From Octopus bimaculoides (lineage: Eukaryota): a DNA stretch of 64,000 nt. The notes below the pieces were generated by a model, which saw only the letters and a list, made by a program, of their open reading frames with translations, made no database searches and was not told where the DNA came from. Shown piece after piece: positions 24,505 through 36,549 of this stretch. Numbering within the stretch: the stretch's first letter is position 1; each line of letters opens with the position of its first letter. Both the position numbers and the translations under genes were made by a program. The DNA lies in assembly GCF_001194135.2 (NCBI RefSeq), contig NC_069002.1, positions 4,686,311 through 4,750,310 of the forward strand, read 5' to 3'.

Positions 24505-24614
24505 GTATGTATAGAGTGTTTGAGGTGGTGTACAGAGATTGTATATTAAGAAAAAATAAGATAGTCAGAATATTGGATAATTCTTTATTAGAGCTTTCGT
24601 TCGTTTAACCAAAG

Positions 24615-24849
24615 TTCGGAGATGATCTCAGAAAAATGAAACTATTTGTTAGGCAAGTTCCGTAAAACGTTTTTATTTCTTTAGTTTCCTTTTCAGCTTA
24701 CACACAGACCTCTGCATAAATATTTACATACATACATACATACACATCATTTTCATTGTTCAGCTGCCAAAAATATACGTTAATGAAATAAAAATTCCAT
24801 ATGGATATTGCCGAACAAATAGATTCACTTTTCTGGGAGCATCTCCGAA
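24615..24849. mobile_element. Degenerate foldback element
   Basis: ttcggagatgatctcagaaaaatgaaactatttgttaggcaa...tttttatttc mirrors 24785-24849. Confidence 0.6.
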
Positions 24850-25364
24850 GGATTTCCCTTAAATAAGTGTGAATATATACATATATTATATGTGTATGTG
24901 TGCATATATTATGAATGAAAATAAGTCGGCAAAGATCGTAATTTGCCAGGAACTCGGCAGTTGTGTGAAACAATTGTTTCGTTTTAAATGAAATTAAAAC
25001 CATCCAAACTCGATGTAATCAAAACGATAATTGCAAAGTCTAATTTTTTTAATTATTTACTCAAATACTTACGGTTTATTTCAATAAACCAAAATATAAG
25101 ATTTTTATATTGTCAGGCGTATTTAACAATTTGTATAAACTCTTACCACTATTCCTCAGTATGGCATTTTATAGCACATAACGTCTCTAAAATATTGAAA
25201 TCATCTTTTTGTCTCTTGACTTACTGGGTTTCTACGAGGGCGATGCTATTGGATATGGAACTCTGTCTAATACTTTGATAATGCTTAATATGTGTTGGTT
25301 CATCAGGAATTAATCCTAACGTTGCAAGAAACTTTTTGAACTTTCAATATTCATCTATTAATAA

Positions 25365-25448
25365 AAGCGGCGAGCTGGCAGAAACGTTAGCACGCCGAGC
25401 GAAACGCTTTGCGGTATTTCGTCTGTCGTTACGTTCTGAGTTCAAATT
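25365..25448 (+). mobile_element. SINE family B head
   Basis: ggcggcgagctggcagaaacgttagcacgccg...tacgttctgagttcaaat. Confidence 0.85.
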
Positions 25449-25615
25449 TTGTTTATGACTACATTGTTGAATATGACCTTTTTTTACGATGTGATTTAAG
25501 GGATATTTGGCTTTTGTTTCTATGAACGACTACGTAACGTTTTATCTTGTTGACACAATGGTGGTTTTACATTATTTACTTTAGACGAATATATGTCCTC
25601 ATCTTGTTTGTTGTT

Positions 25616-25661
25616 AACACAGCGTTTCGGCTGATGTACCCTCCAGTCTTCATCAGGTGTC
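25616..25661 (-). ncRNA. Minimal type-I hammerhead ribozyme-like motif (probably inactive copy)
   Basis: GACAC-CUGAUGA-A-GACUG(loop)CAGCC-GAAA-C-GCU-GUGUU: 5-bp stem I, canonical core, stem II with 1 mismatch, U16.1 mutated to C. Confidence 0.6.
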
Positions 25662-25864
25662 TTGGGGAAATTTCAAACAAGATGAGGACATATATCCGTC
25701 TAATGTAAATAATGATTTTAAGGCAGTTTTACTGATGTTTGTCGCACTTTGTGGATGTTCGTTTTCAGTTATTGTTCTTCAACGAAGCAAAACGAGATTT
25801 TGAGTCAGAACGTAAAGAAACCAACTTCAACAGCTTGGCCAACTGGTTCCGACAAAATTTCTGG

Positions 25865-26620
25865 TTTCTCTCTCTCTCTCTCTCTCGCTCCCATACATTC
25901 ACACTCACTCTTATTCCCTTGCTCAGTCTCTTTATTCTTCTACTCACTCTCTCTTTTCACTCACAACTCTGGCTCATTTTCTCTTATTCTCTCTCCCTGA
26001 CTCCCTACCTCTCTCTCTCTTTCTTCCTCTTGTACATGTTCATTCTCTTCTTTCTCACTCATTTTCGTTGACTTTTTCTCACATTTTCGCTCACTCAATC
26101 TCACAATTTCCCCTCACTCTCACTTCTGGCTTTAATTTTCTCGTTGACTCTCACGCACACTCATTCTCTCTCTCTTTCTTTCTTACACCTATTCATTCAC
26201 TCCCTCTCTCATTCTGTTACTGTATCCAATTCTCTCTCTCACACACACACGCGTTACCATGAAAGTGTAAAAGCTGCTGTCATAAGCTTTTCCCAACTCT
26301 GTTTGTCATCTCTTCTCATTTGTCCACTCCACCCGTACCATTTCTCACTATACAGACCTCCCCCCAACACCTCACCTCTTCACCCCTTCGCTTTTCAATT
26401 CCGCACACCTCTCTCTACATCACTCCACCCTACTCTCAACTTCTCTCTCTATCGCCCTCTCTTTCTCTCCACCCTTCTATTTATTTATCTCTCTATCGCT
26501 CTACCCTACTATTTAATTCTCTCTTTCTACCAATCCACCCTCAACTCTACTCCCCTCTATTTTTTCCAATTTCCACACATCACTCCACCCTAGACAACTG
26601 TGCTCCTCTACCACCACCAT
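25865..26620. repeat. Long CT-rich polypyrimidine/polypurine low-complexity tract
   Basis: ~750 bp almost devoid of G on the plus strand. Confidence 0.85.
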
Positions 26621-27573
26621 CACCACCACCGCCGCCGCCACTTCCATATGTTTGCCTTAACCGAAATTTAACCAAATAAATATCGTTTGCTCTTCTGAGC
26701 CTATAAACATAAGTAGAAAGAAATAGCTAACCTTCACCAGCCGAACCCCCTGCTGTACCCAAACCATTAACCATTAGCAACAGTTTTTCGTCGAGACGAT
26801 GGTGGTGGTGGTGGGGTATGTTTTGTCAGACAATTTAATGGTGTTGCTTCCTATAATGACTCTGCGCTCTATGTATGTTGATGTCTGTGTGTGGGGAGGA
26901 GAGAGAGAGAGAGAAAACGGGGTGGCGGGGTGGTTGTTCTAGAAGGGAACATCCACCGTTTGTGGGTGCTGTTCTCTCCCTCCCCTGTCTGAACCCAACC
27001 TATTGTAACCACACAAGGGAGCTGATGGCGGTGCTGATGATGATGGTGGTGGTGTTTAAGTGTAGAGACGTTAATTGTCGGTTTGTTCGAAATTCTAACT
27101 AAAATATTCCACCATCCAGTAAGTACTAAGTTTTGGCACCAACGTAATTACTATAATGAGTGAGTTGAAAAAATTTAATGAATTAATTAAAATTGAAAAA
27201 ATTAAAACACCCATGGCGAGGAGATAGATTCATTGGTTTTAATAAACAATTTAGTTCAAAAAGAGGCGCAAGGCAAGAGGAGGCAATCACGAAATTTTAA
27301 AATTTCTTTATCTCACTACCTTTAGATACGTTAACACTGAGCTTATTGATAAGAGAAGAGCACTGTTTGCCTTTCACCCCATCTGGGGTAAATAAAGCAC
27401 TAGTAAAATACGGGGGGAGGGGGTCAGTGATATTGACTAATCCTGTCCCCTCAAAATTATCAGCCTTTTGCCTAAATCAAGAAGTACCATTATTGTTAAG
27501 GGAGTGCAGAATCAGCATGTTCGAAACTTCTCAAATTCTTTGATTGATTCATCTGTGAGAACTTCATTGTAAG

Positions 27574-27701
27574 CAGGGCTGTGGAGTCAGAGTAGGTAAA
27601 ATAGACCACAATCACTTAATTACATAGAGGAGTCAGAGTCGGAGGCGGCAATAGTAGAGGAGTCGGAGTCAAAGTTTTTTTGTTTCGACTCCACAGCCCT
27701 G
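27574..27701. mobile_element. hAT-type MITE with GGAGTC sub-repeats
   Basis: Perfect 15-bp TIR CAGGGCTGTGGAGTC...GACTCCACAGCCCTG; 8-bp flanks attgtaag/gttgtgac match 5 of 8. Confidence 0.8.
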
Positions 27702-27774
27702 GTTGTGACTATACCAGAGTTCTTACAGTCTACAAATCTTGATGTCTTTCTCTGATTGGGCCCCAAGAACTCAT

Positions 27775-27960
27775 CATCATTATCATCGTAGTCATCATTT
27801 AACATCTGTTTTCCATGCCAGCATGGGTTGGACAGTTTGGCTTGAGCTGACAAGCAGGAGAGCTGCGCTTTGTTCCAATCTGATTTGATTTCTACAGCTG
27901 GATGCCATTCCTGACGCCAACCACTTTACTTGTTGCTTTTAACATGGCACCAGCACAGGG
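27775..27960 (-). mobile_element. Family C retroposon 3' end
   Basis: catcatttaacatctgttttccatgccagcatgggttggac...ctacagctggatgcc. Confidence 0.75.
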
Positions 27961-28457
27961 CTCTTGCAGGCCAATCTTCACCATCAGGAGGAGCAGCCCT
28001 TAATACTTCTGCTGTGGAGGACACATATTAATAAGAAAAGAGCACTAAGAATGAAATAAACCTTGATAGACTTGTCCCTATACACAAACATGTATATTAT
28101 GTGGGTGTATTTCATAAACTTTGTGGGCTTGTGCCAATATTACAAGAATTCATCATAGCTGTTACTGCTACTGTTACTACTACTACTATTACATTTGTTA
28201 GAAACTTAATTGCATGCGAAAGTTGCGATTTCTCTTTTAAGACACACACTGTGTGCATGTGTTAATTTGAGGATATATACTGGTGTGTGTGTGTGTGTGT
28301 GTGAGAGAGCATCTGTGTACTTAAAACACAGTTGCAAGCCGTATCAATTTTCTCATACATAAGGTTATTTTGTAACTAACCTTGCAATACAATCCATACA
28401 CACACCAATTATTATTCTACTTAGGGAAACTCGTTATTAATATTAATATCACTACTA

Positions 28458-28517
<60 letters not shown>

Positions 28518-28869
28518 CATTATTATTTTTTTTATTATAATTTATTTTCTCTTTTCAATCACTGTGTCATAAAACTCTCTAGAACTTCCGTATGTGTGTG
28601 TGTGTATGTGAGAATATCTTCTTTGTAAACCGGATTTTTCCTTTTAATTATGCTACTCACACAAGAAAATATACAATTTCTTCTTGAATAATGCATACAT
28701 ATTTCACTTTTCTATATAATTCTGAGTCTATTTCATTAATACATGAAATTTGTGTCCCTGGTCATAGGCTATAGTTTTGAACATAGCTGAAATTTTGCAT
28801 TAGAGCACATCTTTATAAAGAAAACCCTGGGCTAAACGAGTTCACTGTTAGCATACACACACACACACA

Positions 28870-29040
28870 TGCACAGGTGTAGCTGTGGTTGTATAAATAA
28901 GAAGCTTGCTTTCCAACTATGTGGTCACAGGTTCAGTACTACTGCATGGCATTCTGCACAAGTATCCACTAGAATACCTCTCAGCCAACCAAAGCCGTGT
29001 GGGTGAATTTGGCAGATGAAAACTGAAAGAAAACTATCAT
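28870..29040 (+). mobile_element. SINE family A, 5' half
   Basis: aagaagcttgctttccaactatgtggtcacaggttcagtactactgcatggc...aaactgaaagaa. Confidence 0.7.
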
Positions 29041-29049
29041 GTGTGTGTG

Positions 29050-29093
<44 letters not shown>

Positions 29094-29094
29094 T

Positions 29095-29335
29095 GTTCTC
29101 TCAGTCAGTCTCCTGCATATCACAGTCCTTAAATTGCAGCCTTGGTTTCTGCCGGGGTCTCTTTCCATTCACAAGTTCCCCATATAGCATCTGCTTAGGG
29201 ATCCTGCTATTCTTAATTCTAATAAGGTGTCCAGTCCAACACAACCGGTGCTTGTGCACCATCACCTCAACACTCAAAGATATCAGCTGTCCTCGGGACC
29301 TGTGTGTCTGGAGATTTTGAGGTCCAGCCAACATT
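29095..29335 (-). mobile_element. RTE-clade LINE ORF2 C-terminal fragment
   Basis: HRLCWTGHLIRIKNSRIPKQMLYGELVNGKRPRQKPRLQFKD matches the RTE motif LRWAGHVxRMxxxRIPKQLLYGELxxGKRxxGRPxLRYKD. Confidence 0.85.
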
Positions 29336-29864
29336 CAGAATTTGTCATTAAAGGCTCATGTTCTATGTTGCTATAGATCAGCATCGGGCTATAGAAACAG
29401 TATTTCAATAATGTATTCAACTAACTCATGCTAGCATGGAAAAACAGACGTACAGCCAACACACCCACACACACACGGATAATGCCCTTTATGTCATGTA
29501 AATGTGTGAATATATATAAGTGTATAACACTAGGGATGGTGTAGAGGCTGTTTATACACAAGTCTCAAGTGGGTGAAGGTGTATATAGGAAATGATAAAA
29601 AATATAATTATGATATTATCTCTGGGCTCTTTAAAGGAATATTTTTGTAAGTAATTTTCTCAAGCCTTTCAAACTTTCAAGAGGGCTCCAGTACACCCCC
29701 ACCCCCCAGCATTCCCATATCTTACCCCAGTCGCCTACTCTCCTTAAAACCTTATCTGCTTTGTGGAGGCCATTAGGATTATAACATCAGTGGTGGCGGT
29801 AGTGGAGAGGGGCTTTTGTGTTTAGTGTATATATGTATAATATGTAAATTGTGTGTTAAGATGG

Positions 29865-30085
29865 TGGGCTGACAGAATCGTTAGCACACTGGGGGGGGGG
29901 GGGAGAGAATGCTTAGTGGCATTTCATCCTTCTTTAACATTCTGAGTTCAAATCCCACCGAGGTCGACTTTGCTTTTCATCCTTTCAGGGACCAATGAAA
30001 TAAGTACCAGCTGAGCACTGGGGTCAATGTAATCGACTTACCCTCATCTCCCTTGAACTTGCTGGCCTTGTGCCATAATTTGAAA
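29865..30085 (+). mobile_element. SINE family B, full length
   Basis: gggctgacagaatcgttagcac...gctggccttgtgccataatttgaaa. Confidence 0.8.
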
Positions 30086-30100
30086 TCAATATATACATAA

Positions 30101-30258
30101 GTGCAGGCCTGTCTGTGTAGTAAGGAAGCTTGCTTCCCAACCACATGGTTCCGGGTTCAGTCCCACTGTGTGACACCTTGGGCAAATGTTTTCTACTATA
30201 GCCTCAGGCCGACCAAAGCCTTGTGATAGGATGTGGTAGACAGAAAACTGAAAGAAGC
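30101..30258 (+). mobile_element. SINE family A, 5' half (left arm of an inverted pair)
   Basis: tRNA-like head plus CORE-like accttgggcaaatg segment. Confidence 0.85.
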
Positions 30259-30290
30259 TTGTTGTATATACATATACATATATACTCAAC

Positions 30291-30425
30291 AGGCTTCTTT
30301 CAGTTTCCATCTGCCAAATCCACTCACAAGGCTTTGGTCGGCCTAAGGCTTATAGTAGAAGACGCTGGGATTAAACCTGGAACCATGTGGTTGGGAAGCA
30401 AGCTTCTTACCACACAGCCATGCCT
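30291..30425 (-). mobile_element. SINE family A, 5' half (right arm of an inverted pair)
   Basis: Reverse complement of 30101-30258 with an internal deletion. Confidence 0.85.
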
Positions 30426-30720
30426 CTGTGTGTGTATGTGTATGTGTGAGTCTGTGTGTCAACTAACTGTTTAACATACATAATTCACACATATAACATT
30501 AGAATCGGAGGGGGGGCAGTTGATGGGTGGGGAAGGTCCCCCCCCCCTCACCGGTAAGTACTTCTCATAAGTCAAGATAGCTGGCTTCCTTCTTCATATA
30601 TTTACTTCTCATAATATTTTGCTTTACATATTACATTTATTTGATAAACTCCTGCTCTTAATAAAGGTTATCACACCTAAGTGTATGATAACCTTTTTAT
30701 TATGCCTATTATTATCATTG

Positions 30721-30755
<35 letters not shown>

Positions 30756-30963
30756 TTGAAGATAACTGTCAATATTTTGGAAGGGGTGGGAGAAAGACAG
30801 GAAGGAACAACTTAATAGAGTGAATGATTGTGGTGGTTGTGGTGGTAGTGGTAGAAGTCGTGGTTTTGATAATAGTGTTGTGGTTATGGCGAGTTTCTGT
30901 GAAAAACAGGAAATGGTTATAAATAGTCATGTAAAATTGCATGAGTGTATGTATGTGTGTGTA

Positions 30964-31028
<65 letters not shown>

Positions 31029-31659
31029 TTTATGTGTATATGTTTGTGTGTACACATGTGTATATGTGTGTATGTATATATGTGAATGTGTGTAGATGTA
31101 GTTGTATGTTTATATATGTAATATATTTATATATTGAGTATGCATATATGCGCATGTAATTATTTGTATATTGTGTGTGTGTCTGTGTCATTATATACAC
31201 CATATACACATACATGCAAACACACATTCACAGATATGTGTGTACGTCATGCACTCAATACCTGCACCTCTTGGCCTTTTTGATATCAACAACCATCATT
31301 TATCTACCTTTTGCTGTCCATCTCTCTTCCACTACAATCTCCCTTGCGCTGGTGCCGCGATAAGATGCACTCATTGCACTCTGTGGGAGATACGAGGATG
31401 TCAAGAGGATTCTTCAGTTTTATTGAAGATGCAACAACTTTTCTAGTGATGGTGCTGGGAAGAAGATGCACCACAGACACTGTGTAAAGTGGTTGGTGTT
31501 ACATAGGGCATCCGGCAATAGAAACTGTGTGAATGATAACAGAAACTTAGGAAGGAATGTTATGCATGTCTCTGACCCGTCGAGAGCAGCAAGAACCTGC
31601 ACAACCCATACCAGCATGGAAAGTGGTCATTAAACACACATATACATGCACACTTGCAG

Positions 31660-31830
31660 ACATCATCATTATTTAACGTCCATTTTCCATGCTGGCATGG
31701 GTTGGACAGTTTGAATGAAAACTCGTAAGCTGGAGAGGTGCACAAGGTTCCAATCTGATTTGGAATAGTCTCTACAGCTGGATGCCCTTCCTAATGCCAA
31801 CCACTCCAAGAGTGTAGTGGGTACTTTTTA
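31660..31830 (-). mobile_element. Family C retroposon 3' end
   Basis: atttaacgtccattttccatgctggcatgggttggac...ccactccaagagtgtagtggg. Confidence 0.8.
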
Positions 31831-31859
31831 TGTACACGTCGATACACATACATATATAT

Positions 31860-32020
31860 ATATACACAACAGTTTCTTTTAGTTTCCGTCTACCAAATCC
31901 ACTCACAAGGCTTTGGTCGGTCCAAGGCTATAGTAGAAGACACGAGCCTGAGGTGTCATACAGTGGGACTGAACCCAGAACCATGTGGCTGGGAAACAAA
32001 CTTCTTACCACACAGCTGTG
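31860..32020 (-). mobile_element. SINE family A, 5' half
   Basis: tttccgtctaccaaatccactcacaaggctttggtcgg...gggactgaacccagaaccatgtgg. Confidence 0.8.
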
Positions 32021-32303
32021 CTTAATGGTTTTTCACTTCTAGTTACATGTCAATTAGAAAAGACATGGATTCCATCACAGGCATGCCCTTTTGGAGCAGT
32101 TTTTTCCCTTTTTCTTTCCTTTTGTCCTCATCTCTGCAGTGTCAGCAACTATGTTTAAAGTATAAATAGAAAATTTAAATAAATAAAAATTATTTATCTT
32201 CCTTCGCATCTCCATCACCACCATAAGTTTTGCATTTTGTTTTTATAAACTGCTCGAAATAACTTTACATTAATTGTAATATATATACATACGTTTGTAT
32301 TTA

Positions 32304-32353
<50 letters not shown>

Positions 32354-32719
32354 ATGTTTATTTTTTTCAATATGGTATATAGTTGACCAAAGGGCCAATT
32401 GCATTGAGCAAAACCACGGTCCTGTGTAATGTAATGCGCTGTTGATGTAACCCTTAAATAAACATAAATCACACCAAATACTTCTAGCATGCGATTGTAT
32501 TGAGCACTTTGTTTTCATACCCCACCAAAATAAACAGAAAAACATGTTTTATGTATGATTATATATATATATACTTTATTTTATTTATTTATTTGTATAT
32601 GTATGTTTGATAGGCCATTGTTCTTTTTCTTTTTTTTTTTNNNNNNNNNNNNNNNNNNNNNNNNNNNNNNNNNNNNNNNNNNNNNNNNNNNNNNNNNNNN
32701 NNNNNNNNNNNNNNNNGTT

Positions 32720-33065
32720 TCAATCATGGGACCTTTGCCATGTTGGGGCACTGTGTTGAAAGATTCAAACAAATGAATCCCAGTACTTATTTTTAAGGCC
32801 CTACCCCTGGTACTTACTTTATCAGTATGTTTTTGCCAAACTACTAAGTTATGAGGTTGTGAACAAGCCAACATTGATTCTCATGCAGTGGCATGGACAA
32901 ACGCTAGCACAGGCAGGCACACGCACACACATTCAGTTTCCACCCGCCAAACCCACTCACAAGGCTTTGGTCAGCCCTGAGGCTATAGTAGAAGATATTT
33001 GTCTAAGGTGCCATGCAGTAGGACTGAACCCGAGGCCACATGGTTGGGAAGCAAGCTTCTTACCC
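32720..33065 (-). mobile_element. SINE family A, near full length
   Basis: Both halves are present in order. Confidence 0.75.
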
Positions 33066-34029
33066 ACAGATTTCCACTAAATAGAAAAGTGTACGTGGTG
33101 GACACGGCAAAGCAGAATTATTGAGGTGTTTGCTTCGCAAGCGCCAGGCCCTAGATTTAATCCTGTTGCGTGATCCTTTAAAAGCAGGTGCGTCTTACCA
33201 CAGACACGAGTTTACCCATGCTTGTTGGATGGACTGCATGCATACATGTAATTCAAAATTACAGAGTCACCCTGAATGCTTGACTTCAGCGTGAGGACAT
33301 TGCATTAAAGGTACACGTGTCGGTTGAATATTCACTCACCTGCTAATTAAACAAGGGCGGGTAAACAAGCTGATCCAATAACTGAATACTGATCATTGAT
33401 ACTACTGGATGTATGCGTGTATGTGTATTTGTGTATGTGTATATATGTATACATATATAATATACAGAAAAAGAAATTGTATATATGATTGTGTGTATGA
33501 GGTGTATGTATACGTGTGTGTATATATATGAGGTGTTTATACACATACACACACACACACTCTTGCAATACTACATGCATAAATACACATTGTGTTACAG
33601 ATTCTGCTTTCAGTGGTGTCAGGCGCGTGTTGGCTCTGTCAATCAAACCCAGATATTTTAACTAGAACCGTTGCTATGACAGCAACAGAAGTTACTCATT
33701 GTTATATATACCTCCCTCATTCTCACCACCGCTCTTCCACCTTGACTGGTCACCTGACTGTTCCTTACCTCTGCTCTGGCATATATAGACCTATGACATT
33801 GAGGTGACTGATTTTTTTTCTTTTCCTTTCTTTCTTTGAAGTATTTGTTACCTGTAATAGTGGCGGTGGCGGCAGTGTTGGTGGTGGTGGTGGTAGTTAT
33901 TGTAGGGTGGATTTAGTTCACATTGAACTGATGATAAAGACGTAGTTGTAGTGAAAGAGGGAGGGAGTGGGTAGAAAAACCTTATTGTTGGTCTTTGTGT
34001 ACAGGCATGGTCCCATGGGGTTTATATAT

Positions 34030-34430
34030 ATTCTTTTGTTTCAGCCCTGAGGCTGTGGCCATGATGGGGCACTGCCAGTGCCACACGATATGTATATATA
34101 TATATGCTCTCAATAAGCTTCATTTGTTTCTTTTTCACTCTGGTACTTATTCTATCAGGCTCTTTTGCTGAACTGCTAAGTTACAAGGATATAAACACAC
34201 CAACATCAGTTGTCAAGCAATGGTGGGGACAAGTACAGACACACAAAGATATATATAGATATATATACAAGGGGCTTTTTTCTGTTTCCATCTACCAAAT
34301 CCACTTACAAGGCTTTGGTTGGCCCGAGACTATAGTACATAACAATTGCCCAAGATGTCATACAGTGGGACTGAACCCAGAACCATGTGGTTGAGAAGCA
34401 AGTTTCTTACCACAGAACCATACCTGCCTC
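34030..34430 (-). mobile_element. SINE family A, full length
   Basis: Both halves with the internal TA/CA microsatellite. Confidence 0.8.
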
Positions 34431-34909
34431 TGTATGTGTGTGTGTTGTTGTTGTTGTTGTTGGTGGTTCCTTTAATGTCTGTTCACCCATGCATAGGTTG
34501 CCAAGGGAATTAGTTGTGGCTGGGTTTTTATGACTTCATGCTCTTCCTGCCACCATCAACCCATACCTGTTTATCAAACAAGGGATCCTCTATTCCCCCA
34601 CCAAGTCCCCTGAAGTGCAGAGGGACCAATTGTAATACATCATTCACTATTTTGCTTAAGCGGTGACAAGTGTGCAAGATTGACACTCACACTCTATCAC
34701 TTTCATTCTCACTCACACTCTAACTCTCACTCACTCACACTCTAGCTCTCTCTCACAATCTAGCTCTATCTCACACTCTGACACACCTTTATGGATTTCT
34801 TTCAGTTTTCAATTACCAAATTTATTGAAAAAAGAAAGCATTCCCATTGGCCATTGCAGAAGGACCCCTACTGCATGTATGTACATCTTTGTGTAGCTGT
34901 ACAGTTTTG

Positions 34910-35280
34910 TTATAGGCACCGACATGGACATGTGGTTAAGAAGCTAACTTTGCAATCCAACCACATGGTTTTCAGTTCAATCCCAGCTGCATGGCGCCTT
35001 GAGCAAGTGTCTTCTACTAAGCCCCAGGTCAACCAAATCCTTGTGAGGATACTGTGTGGAAGCCTGTCGTATATACCCATATGTGTGTCTTTGTTGTCCT
35101 AATCTCCCTCTTGACAACAGGTGTTGGTTTATTTACATCTCTATAACTTAGTGCTTCAGCAAAAGAGGCAGAATATAAGTTCCAGACTTAGATAAACACT
35201 GGGGTCGATTTGCTTGACCAAAACCCTTCAAGGTGGTGCCCCAGCATGGCCGCAGTTCAATGACTAAAACAAGTGAAAGA
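34910..35280 (+). mobile_element. SINE family A, full length
   Basis: From head gtggttaagaagct to tail ccagcatggccgcagttcaatgactaaaacaagt. Confidence 0.8.
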
Positions 35281-35337
35281 AAAATATATGTACACATGCA
35301 CACAAAGGCATGCATAAAGATATTTATACTTATTCAC

Positions 35338-35383
<46 letters not shown>

Positions 35384-35771
35384 GCACACACATGCATGTA
35401 TGTATATATTTGTGTATGCATGTGTGTGTAGGTGAAATTGTGTTTATTTGTATGTGTGTGTGTATACAGGGTTTAATACAATCACATTGTAACCCTCTGA
35501 AGCTATTCTCTATCGGAGTATTGTTGGTGACAGTTGGAAAATGAAACGGACTAAAAATGTACGTGTTAACCTCCACAGCTTTACAACTCAAACAAGGGAC
35601 TTTCTACCTCTTTTCTTAAATAGCACTCACCTGATGCATTCTTTACCCACACACACACATATATATGTATAAAATCATTGTACTCAAACAGGTGTACTTA
35701 GTTACGTGAAGTCACTCAATATTTTTTTGGGTTTGTTTCCTTTCTTTTATATTTGTTATTTGTAGCAGCAG

Positions 35772-35809
<38 letters not shown>

Positions 35810-35880
35810 AAAAAAACAATAACAAAAAAACAACAAAGTGAGGACGTGATATGACGCTCAGGAAAGGAAAGAGAGAGTGT

Positions 35881-35914
35881 ATGACGTTTCGGGCGTAGCC
35901 CTTCGTCGGAAAGA
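35881..35914 (-). ncRNA. Minimal hammerhead-like motif (U4C core variant)
   Basis: CCGACGA-A-GGGC UAC GCCC-GAAA-C-GUC; stem I is weak. Confidence 0.4.
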
Positions 35915-35974
35915 TGGAAAGTTCGGAGAATGGAAGAACGGAGAAAGAGGAAAATGGTACCAATGCCCACGAGG

Positions 35975-36037
<63 letters not shown>

Positions 36038-36044
36038 TATAAAG

Positions 36045-36230
36045 TGGTGGGCTGGTGGAATCGTTAGCACGCCAGTCAGGATGCTTAACAGCATTTTGTC
36101 TGTCCTTACACGTTGAGTTTAAATTGCGCCAAGGCTCACTTACCTTCCATCCTTTTGGGGTCGATGAATTAAGTACCAGTTGAGCACTGGGGTCAATGTA
36201 ATCAGCTTACTCCCTCTGCCAAAAATTTCA
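36045..36230 (+). mobile_element. SINE family B, full length
   Basis: ggtgggctggtggaatcgttagcacgcc...taagtaccagttgagcactggggtcaatg. Confidence 0.8.
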
Positions 36231-36251
36231 TGATACAAATCCCTGTCTTAA

Positions 36252-36549
36252 CCCCTTAGCATTGAAACCAACCATATCCAGCCTAAATATTTTCCAAGTT
36301 TTCTATTAAAACTGACTAGATCTGGTCTCTCACACCTAACCTGCAATGTCTTTCCAAAACTAAGCAATCACATGAAAATCTCAAAGCTATGAGATAATCC
36401 CATGATTAATCCAAAGTAGTGTGAATTTCATCAAAATTTCATATCAATTCATTCCAAACACCAGATTAATAATGACAAAGTTTATTTTTCTAAATTCTTC
36501 GTTATTTTCAAGATTGATTGAAAATAATGTAAATACGGTAACAAAGGGG
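36252..36549. mobile_element. piggyBac-type MITE with TTAA target duplication
   Basis: TTAA|CCCCTT...AAAGGGG|TTAA. Related pieces at 41100-41370, 44690-44790 and 50880-51030 end in tgctaaagggttaa-like termini. Confidence 0.75.

Noticed and set aside
25753-25862. Protein-looking stretch LLFFNEAKRDFESERKETNFNSLANWF
   Set aside because: No recognisable family; weak donor; runs into (CT)n.
30663-30696. Short hairpin aaaggttatca...tgataaccttt
   Set aside because: Too short and AT-rich to interpret.
31340-31420. IRCTHCTLW cysteine motif resembling the Cys-rich segment of some RTE-type LINEs
   Set aside because: Too short and without flanking similarity to call.
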